NCBI GenBank assembly: GCA_964016885.1
Contig: OZ024740.1
Coordinates: 296,236,001-296,300,000, forward strand
Reading direction: 5' to 3'
Length of the DNA: 64,000 bases
DNA from: Eledone cirrhosa
Taxonomy: Eukaryota
Every line of letters begins with the position of its first letter. The stretch's first letter is position 1. The notes beneath the pieces were generated by a model. That model did not search any database, was not told the DNA's origin, and saw only the letters and a program-made list of their open reading frames with translations. Made by a program: the position numbers and the translations under genes. Below, in pieces: positions 55,901-64,000 of the stretch.

Positions 55901-57010
55901 GATCCCCCAAATAAAAAATGGATCCCCCAAATAAAAAATTGATCACCCAAATAAAAAATGGATCCCCCAAATAAAAAAGGGATCCATTTTTTATTTGGGT
56001 GATCCATTTTTTATTTGGGTGATCCATTCTTTATTTGGGGGATCAATTTTTTATTTGGGTGATCCATTTTTTATTTGGGAGATCCATCAAATAAAAAATG
56101 GATTCCCCAAATAAAAAATGGATCCCTCAAATAAAAAATGGATCACCCAAATAAAAAATGGATCACCCAAATTAAAAATGGATACCCCTAATAAAAAATG
56201 GATCAACCAAATAAAAAATGGATCACCCAAATAAAAAATGGATCACCCAAATAAAAAATGGATCCCCCAAATAAAAAATGGATCACCCAAATAAAAAATG
56301 GATCAGCCAAATAAAAAATGTATCCCCCAAATAAAAAATGGATCACCCAAATAAAAAATGGATCACCTAAATAAAAAATGGATCACCCAAATGGAAAATG
56401 GATCACCCCCCAAAAAATGGACCGCCAAATAAAAAATGGATCCCCCAAATAAAAGATGGATCACCCAAATAAAAAATGGATCCCCCAAATAAAAAATGGA
56501 TCCCCCAAATAAAAAATGGATCACCCAAATAAAAAATGGATCACCCAAATATAAAATGGATCCCCCAAATAAAAAATGGATCCCCCAAATAAAAAATGGA
56601 TGCCCCAAATAAAAAATGGATCCACCAAATAAAAAATGGATCCCCCAAATAAAAAATGGATCGCCCAAATAAAAAATGGATCCCCCAAATAAAAAATGGA
56701 TCACCCAAATAAAAAATGGATCCCCCAAATAAAAAATGGATCACCCAAATAAAAAATGGATCACCCAAATAAAAAATGGATCACCCAAATAAAAAATGGA
56801 TCACCCAAATTAAAAATGGATACCCCAAATAAAAAATAGATCACCCAAATAAAAAATCGATCACCCAAATAAAAAATGGATCCCCCAAATAAAAAATGGA
56901 TCACCAAATAAAAAATGGATCACCCAAATAAAAAATGGATCACCCAAATAAAAAATTGATCCCCCAAATAAAAAATGGATCCCCCAAATAAAAAATGGAT
57001 CACCCAAATA
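51540..57010. repeat. Tandem duplication with 2730-bp period
   Basis: Offsets 52002/54732, 53053/55783 and 53633/56363 are all 2730. The internal breakpoint is near 54,270. Confidence 0.88.
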
Positions 57011-57099
57011 AAAAATGGATCCCCCAAATTAAAAATGGATCCACCAAATAAAAAATGGATCACCGAAATAAAAAATGGATCCGCTAAATAAAAAAGGGA

Positions 57100-60000
57100 T
57101 CCATTTTTTATTTGGGTGAACAATTTTTATTTGGGTGATCCATTTTTTATTTGGGGGATCCATTTTTTATTTGGGCGATCCATTTTTTATTTGGGGGATC
57201 CATTTTTTATTTGGGTGATCCATTTTTTATTTGGGTGATCCATTTTTTATTTGGGGGATCCATTTTTTATTTGGGTGATCCATTTTTTATTTGGGGGATC
57301 CATTTTTTATTTGGGCGATCCATTTTTTATTTGGGGGATCCATTTTTTATTTGGGTGATCCATTTTTTATTTGTTGGATCCATTTTTTATTTGGGGGATC
57401 CATTTTTTATTTGGGGGTTCCATTTTTTATTTGGGGGATCCATTTTACATTTGGGTGATCCATTTTTTATTTGGGTGACCCATTTTTTATTCGGGGGATC
57501 CATTTTTTATTTGGGGGATCCATTTTTTATTTGGGGGTTCCATTTTTTATTTGGGTGATCCATTTTTTATTTGGGGGATCCATTTTTTATTTAGGTGATC
57601 CATTTTTTAGTTGGGTGATCCATTTTTTATTTGTGTGATCCATTTTTTATTTGGGGGATCCATTTTTTATTTGGGGGTTCCATTTTTGATTTGGGTGATC
57701 CATTTTTTATTTGGGGGATCCATTTTTTATTTAGGTGATCCATTTTTTAGTTGCGTGATCCATTTTTATTTGGGGGATCCATTTTTTATTTGTGTGATCC
57801 ATTTTTTATTTGGCGGATCCATTTTTTATTTGGGGGATCCATTTTTTATTTGGGGATCCATTTTTTATTTAGGTGATCCATTTTTTAGTTGGGTGATCCA
57901 TTTTTATTTGGGGAATCCATTTTTTATTTGTGTGATCCATTTTTTATTTGGCGGATCCATTTTTATTTGGGGGATCCATTTTTTATTTGTGTGATCCATT
58001 TTTTATTTGGCAGATACATTTTTTATTTGGGGGAACCATTTTTTATTTGGGTGATCCATTTTTTATTTGGGGGATCCATTTTTTATTTGGGTGATACATT
58101 TTTTATTTGGGGGATCCATTTTTTATTTGGGTGATCCATTTTTTATTTGGGTGATCCATTTTTTATTTGGGAGATCCATTTTTTATTTTGGTGACCCATT
58201 TTTTATTTTGGTGACCCATTTTTTATTTTGGTGATCCATTTTTTATTTGTTGGATCCATTTTTTATTTGGGGGATCTATTTTTATTTGGGGGACCCTATT
58301 TTCATTTGGGGGATCCATTTTACATTTGGGTATTCCATTTTACATTTGGGTGATCCATTTTTTATTTGGGTGATCCATTTTTTATTTGGTGGATCCATTT
58401 TTTATTTGGGGTATCCATTTTTTATTTGGGTGATCCATTTTTTATTTGGGGGATCCATTTTTTATTTGGGTGATCCATTTTTTATTTGGGTGATCCATTT
58501 TTTATTTGGGTGATCCATTTTTTATTTGTTGGATCCATTTTTTATTTGGGGGATCTATTTTTTATTTGGGGGTTCCATTTTTTATTTGGGGGATCCATTT
58601 TACATTTGGGTGATCCATTTTTTATTTGGGTGATCCATTTTTTATGTGGGTGATCCATTTTTTATTTGGGTGATCCAGTTTTTGTTTGGGTGATCCATTT
58701 TTTATTTGGGGGATCCATTTTTTATTTGGGTGATCCATTTTTTATTTGTTGGATCCATTTTTTATTTGGGGGATCCATTTTTTATTTGGGGGATCCATTT
58801 TTTATTTGGGGGATCCATTTTTTATTTGGGGGATCCATTTTTTATTTGGGGGATCCATTTTTTATTTGGGTGATCCATTTTTTATTTGGGGGATCCATTT
58901 TTTATTTAGCTGATCCATTTTTTAGTTGGGTGATCCATTTTTATTTGGGGGATCCATTTTTTATTTGTGTGATCCATTTTTTATTTGGCGGATCCATTTT
59001 TATTTGGGGGATCCATTTTTTATTTGTGTGATCCATTTTTTATTTGGCAGATCCATTTTTTATTTGTGGGATCCATTTTTTATTTGGGTGATCCATTTTT
59101 TATTTGGGGGATCCATTTTTTATTTGGGTGATCCATTTTTTATTTGGGGGATCCATTTTTTATTTGGGTGATCCATTTTTTATTTGGGTGATCCATATTT
59201 TATTTGGGTGATCCATTTTTTATTTGGGGGATCCATTTTTTATTTAGGTGATCCAATTTTTTATTTGGGTGATCCATTTTTTATTTGGGTGATCCATTTT
59301 TTATTTGGGTGATCCATTTTTTATTTGGGGGATCCATTTTTTATTTGGGTGATCCATTTTTGATTTGGGTGATCCATTTTTTATTTGGGGGATCCATTTT
59401 TTATTTGGGTGATCCATTTTTTATTTGGGGGATCCATTTTTTATTTGGGAGATCCATTTTTGATTTGGGTGATCCATTTTTTATTTGGGTGATTCATTTT
59501 TTATTTGTTGGATCCATTTTTTATTTGCGGGATCCATTTTTATTTGGGGGACCCTATTTTTATTTGGGGGATCCATTTTACATTTGGGTAATCCATTTTT
59601 TATTTGGGTGATCCATTTTTTATTTGGTGGATCCATTTTTTATTTGGGGTATCCATTTTTTATTTGGGTGATCCATTCTTTATTTGGGTGATCCATTTTT
59701 TATTTGGGTGATCCATTTTTTATTTGTTGGATCCATTTTTTATTTGGGGGATCCATTTTTTATTTGGGGGTTCCATTTTTTATTTGGGGGATCCATTTTA
59801 AATTTGGGTGATCCATTTTTTATTTGGGTGATCCATTTTTTATTTGGGGGATCCATTTTTTATTTGGGTGATCCATTTTTTATTTGGGTGATCCAGTTTT
59901 TGTTTGGGTGATCCATTTTTTATTTGGGGTATCCATTTTTTATTTGGGTGATCCATTTTTTATTTGTTGGATCCATTTTTTATTTCGGGGATCCATATTT

Positions 60001-63000
60001 TATTTGGGGGTTCCATTTTTTATTTGGGGGATCCATTTTACATTTGGGTGATCCATTTTTTATTTGGGTGATCCATTTTTTATTTGGGGGATCCATTTTT
60101 TATTTGGGGGATCCATTTTTTATTTGGGGGTTCCATTTTTTATTTGGGTGATCCATTTTTTATTTGGGGGATCCATTTTTTATTTAGGTGATCCATTTTT
60201 TAGTTGGGTGATCCATTTTTATTTGGGGGATCCATTTTTTATTTGTGTGATCCATTTTTTATTTGGCGGATCCATTTTTTATTTGGAGGATCCATTTTTT
60301 ATTTGGGGATCCATTTTTTATTTAGGTGATCCATTTTTTAGTTGGGTGATCCATTTTTATTTGGGGGATCCATTTTTTATTTGTGTGATCCATTTTTTAT
60401 TTGGCGGATCCATTTTTATTTGGGGGATCCATTTTTTATTTGTGTGATACATTTTTTATTTGGCAGATCCATTTTTTATTTGGGGGAAGCATTTTTTATT
60501 TGGGTGATCCATTTTTTATTTGGCGGATCCATTTTTTATTTGGGTGATACATTTTTTATTTGGGGGATCCATTTTTTATTTGGGTGATCCATTTTTTATT
60601 TGGGTGATCCATTTTTGATTTGGGTGATCCATTTTTTATTTGGGGGATCCATTTTTTATTTGGGTGATCCATTTTTTATTTGGGTGATCCATTTTTTATT
60701 TGGGAGATCCATTTTTTATTTTGGTGACCCATTTTTTATTTTGGTGATCCATTTTTTATTTGTTGGATCCATTTTTGATTTGGGGGATCTATTTTTATTT
60801 GGGGGACCCTATTTTTATTTGGGGGATCCATTTTACATTTGGGTGATCCATTTTTTATTTGGGTGATCCATTTTTTATTTGGTGGATCCATTTTTTATTT
60901 GGGGTATCCATTTTTTATTTGGGTGATCCATTTTTTATTTGGGGGATCCATTTTTTATTTGGGTGATCCATTTTTTATTTGGGTGATCCATTTTTTATTT
61001 GGGTGATCCATTTTTTATTTGTTGGATCCATTTTTTATTTGGGGGATCCATTTTTTATTTGGGGGTTCCATTTTTTATTTGGGGGATCCATTTTACATTT
61101 GGGTGATCCATTTTTTATTTGGGTGATCCATTTTTTATTTGGGGGATCCATTTTTTAGTTGGGTGATCCATTTTTTATTTGGGTGATCCAGTTTTTGTTT
61201 GGGTGATCCATTTTTTATTTGGGGGATCCATTTTTTATTTGGGTGATCCATTTTTTATTTGTTGGATCCATTTTTTATTTGGGGGATCCATTTTTTATTT
61301 GGGGGATCCATTTTTTATTTGGGTGATCCATTTTTTATTTGGGGGATCCATTTTTTATTTAGGTGATCCATTTTTTAGTTGGGTGATCCATTTTTTTGGG
61401 GGGGGGGGATCCATTTTTTATTTGTGTCATCCATTTTTTATTTGGCGGATCCATTTTTATTTGGGGGATCCATTTTTTATTTGTGTGATCCATTTTTTAT
61501 TTGGCAGATCCATTTTTTATTTGGGGGATCCATTTTTTATTTGGGTGATCCATTTTTTATTTGGGGGATCCATTTTTATTTGGGTGATCCATTTTTTATT
61601 TGGGTGATCCAGTTTTTGTTTGGGTGATCCATTTTTTATTTGGGGGATCCATTTTTTATTTGGGTGATCCATTTTTTATTTGTTGGATCCATTTTTTATT
61701 TGGGGGATCCATTTTTTATTTGGGGGTTCCATTTTTTATTTGGGGGATCCATTTTACATTTGGGTGATCCATTTTTTATTTGGGTGATCCATTTTTTATT
61801 TGGGGGATCCATTTTTTATTTAGGGGATCCATTTTTTATTTGGGGGTTCCATTTTTTATTTGGGTGATCCATTTTTTATTTGGGGGATCCATTTTTTATT
61901 TAGGTGATCCATTTTTTAGTTGGGTGATCCATTTATATTTGGGGGATCCATTTTTTATTTGTGTGATCCATTTTTTATTTGGCGGATCCATTTTTTATTT
62001 GGGGATCCATTTTTTATTTGGGGATCCATTTTTTATTTAGGTGATCCATTTTTTAGTTGGGTGATCCATTTTTATTTGGGGGATCCATTTTTTATTTGTG
62101 TGATCCATTTTTTATTTGGCGTATCCATTTTTATTTGGGGGATCCATTTTTTATTTGTGTGATCCATTTTTTATTTGGCAGATCCATTTTTTATTTGGGG
62201 GATCCATTTTTTATTTGGGTGATCCATTTTTTATTTGGGGGATCCATTTTTTAATTTGGGTGATACATTTTTTATTTGGGGGATCCATTTTTTATTTGGG
62301 TGATCCATTTTTTATTTGGGTGATCCATATTTTATTTGGGTGATCCATTTTTTATTTGGGGGATCCATTTTTTATTTGGGTGATCCAATTTTTTATTTGG
62401 GTGATCCATTTTTTATTTGGGTGATCCATTTTTTATTTGGGTGATCCATTTTTTATTTGGGGGATCCATTTTTTATTTGGGTGATCCATTTTTGATTTGG
62501 GTGATCCATTTTTTATTTGGGGGATCCATTTTTTATTTGGGTGATCCATTTTTTATTTGGGGGATCCATTTTTTATTTGGGAGATCCATTTTTGATTTGG
62601 GTGATCCATTTTTTATTTGGGTGATTCATTTTTTATTTGTTGGATCCATTTTTTATTTGGGGGATCCATTTTTATTTGGGGGACCCTATTTTTATTTGGG
62701 GGATCCATTTTACATTTGGGTGATCCATTTTTTATTTGGGTGATCCATTTTTTATTTGGTGGATCCATTTTTTATTTGGGGTATCCATTTTTTATTTGGG
62801 TGATCCATTTTTTATTTGGGGGATCCATTTTTTATTTGGGTTATCCATTTTTTATTTGGGTGATCCATTTTTTATTTGGGTGATCCATTTTTTATTTGTT
62901 GGATCCATTTTTTATTTGGGGGATCCATTTTTTATTTGGGGGTTCCATTTTTTATTTGGGGGATCCATTTTACATTTGGGTGATCCATTTTTTATTTGGG

Positions 63001-64000
63001 TGATCCATTTTTTATTTGGGGGATTCATTTTTTATTTGGGTGATCCATTTTTTATTTGGGTGATCCAGTTTTTGTTTGGGTGATCCATTTTTTATTTGGG
63101 GGATCCATTTTTTATTTGGGTGATCCATTTTTTATTTGTTGGATCCATTTTTTATTTGGGGGATCCATTTTTTATTTGGGGGTTCCATTTTTTATTTGGG
63201 GGATCCATTTTACATTTGGGTGATCCATTTTTTATTTGGGTGACCCATTTTTTATTCGGGGGATCCATTTTTTATTTGGGGGATCCATTTTTTATTTGGG
63301 GGTTCCATTTTTTTATTTGGGTGATCCATTTTTTATTTGGGGGATCCATTTTTTATTTAGGTGATCCATTTTTTAGTTGGGTGATCCATTTTTTATTTGT
63401 GTGATCCATTTTTTATTTGGGGGATCCATTTTTTATTTGGGGGTTCCATTTTTTATTTGGGTGATCCATTTTTTATTTGGGGGATCGATTTTTTATTTGG
63501 GGGTTCCATTTTTTATTTGGGGGATCCATTTTACATTTGGGTGATCCATTTTTTATTTGGGTGATCCATTTTTTATTTGGGGGATCCATTTTTTATTTGG
63601 GTGATCCATTTTTTATTTGGGTGATCCAGTTTTTGTTTGGGTGATCCATTTTTTATTTGGGGGATCCATTTTTTATTTGGGTGATCCATTTTTTATTTGT
63701 TGGATCCATTTTTTATTTGGGGGATCCATTTTTTATTTGGGGGTTCCATTTTTTATTTGGGGGATCCATTTTACATTTGGGTGATCCATTTTTTATTTGG
63801 GTGACCCATTTTTTATTCGGGGGTTCCATTTTTTATTTGGGGGATCCATTTTTTATTTGGGGGTTCCATTTTTTATTTGGGTGATCCATTTTTTATTTGG
63901 GGGATCCATTTTTTATTTAGGTGATCCATTTTTTAGTTGGGTGATCCATTTTTTATTTGTGTGATCCATTTTTTATTTGGGGGATCCATTTTTTATTTGG
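57100..64000 (+). repeat. Single-orientation satellite domain with a distinct monomer-variant set
   Basis: 6.9 kb of T-rich monomers with no switch. Recurrent variants TTTGTTGGATCC, GGGGGTTCC, TTTTACATTT, TTTAGGTGATC, TTTTAGTTGGG, CCAGTTTTTGTTT, GGCAGAT and GGGACCCTATT are absent or rare in 1-57,100. Confidence 0.93.

Larger units (their letters stand above)
1..57099. repeat. Inversion-rich satellite domain with alternating T-rich and A-rich orientation blocks
   Basis: About 90 strand switches by manual count, e.g. at ~412, 1286, 1780, 2372, 2563, 2628, 3129, 3593, 3828, 3992, 4128, 5408, 5739, 6366, 6700, 8776 ... 55982, 56087, 57099. T-rich blocks are about 0.1-0.55 kb and A-rich blocks about 0.07-2.6 kb. 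Confidence 0.97.
1..64000. repeat. Satellite DNA array, 20-bp monomer GATCCATTTTTTATTTGGG(T/G), about 3,200 copies, running off both window ends
   Basis: The 20-bp period is directly visible on every line, with no unique stretch longer than about 20 bp. There are two major monomer types (GGGT-GATC and GGGG-GATC), plus scattered substitutions and 19/21-bp indel monomers. Confidence 0.99.

Noticed and set aside
413-57099. AATAAA polyadenylation signals and terminator-like hairpin/T-run motifs
   Set aside because: They are intrinsic to every monomer and junction, and no transcription unit is present to assign them to.
1-57099. Inversions as random chimeras from whole-genome amplification or fold-back reads
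   Set aside because: Random chimeras would have diverse breakpoints, whereas the same two junctions recur with linked variants inside duplicated modules. This is disfavoured, but only raw reads can fully exclude it.
1-57099. MITE or Foldback transposon with modular inverted arms
   Set aside because: No defined termini, target-site duplications, internal unique sequence or transposase are visible. A remote origin from such an element cannot be tested from this window.
797-63884. Over 200 ORFs of 60-142 aa with the hydrophobic repeat GDPFFIWVIHFLFGGSIFYL (or MDHPNKKWITQIKNGS)
   Set aside because: These are translations of a 20-bp repeat: three monomers give a 20-aa cycle in all frames. They overlap on both strands, mostly start at TTG within the monomer, and end at the TGA of T-type monomers. 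There is no unique domain or gene context.
1-64000. CRISPR-like array
   Set aside because: The monomers abut directly with no unique spacers, no leader and no cas genes.
1-64000. Bacterial origin-like signal: GATC every 20 bp, and GATCCATTTTTTATTT loosely resembling oriC 13-mers or plasmid iterons
   Set aside because: The resemblance is superficial. There are no DnaA boxes, rep gene or any gene in 64 kb, and the scale far exceeds known iteron arrays.
1-64000. Telomeric repeat array or G-quadruplex array
   Set aside because: Frequent inversions and kb-scale higher-order duplication do not fit telomerase-made terminal repeats, and I do not recognise the monomer as a telomere unit. G3-G5 runs are separated by about 15-17 nt, which is poor for stable G4.

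Overview
The whole 64-kb window is one non-coding satellite array of about 3,200 copies of a 20-bp monomer, GATCCATTTTTTATTTGGG(T/G) (reverse complement (A/C)CCCAAATAAAAAATGGATC). I find no credible gene, RNA gene, transposon or CRISPR array; every ORF in the supplied track is a translation of the repeat. The architecture is the notable part. Over 1-57,100 the monomer switches strand about 90 times by my manual count (46 T-rich blocks in the window, 45 A-rich blocks). Nearly all switches use one of two exact junction sequences, and each occurs in both orientations with linked private variants. Some junctions are flipped, or converted to perfect palindromes, between otherwise homologous copies. 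Nested higher-order duplications (about 1.0, 1.37, 2.35, 2.73, 3.37, 9, 20.8 and 29.7 kb offsets) sit on top of this, with one local fold-back at a duplication breakpoint near 30 kb. From about 57.1 kb to the end the array is single-orientation with a different set of monomer variants. The organisation is most consistent with eukaryotic heterochromatic satellite DNA, but I cannot name the organism or family. Coordinates and counts were read by eye and may be off by a few bases.
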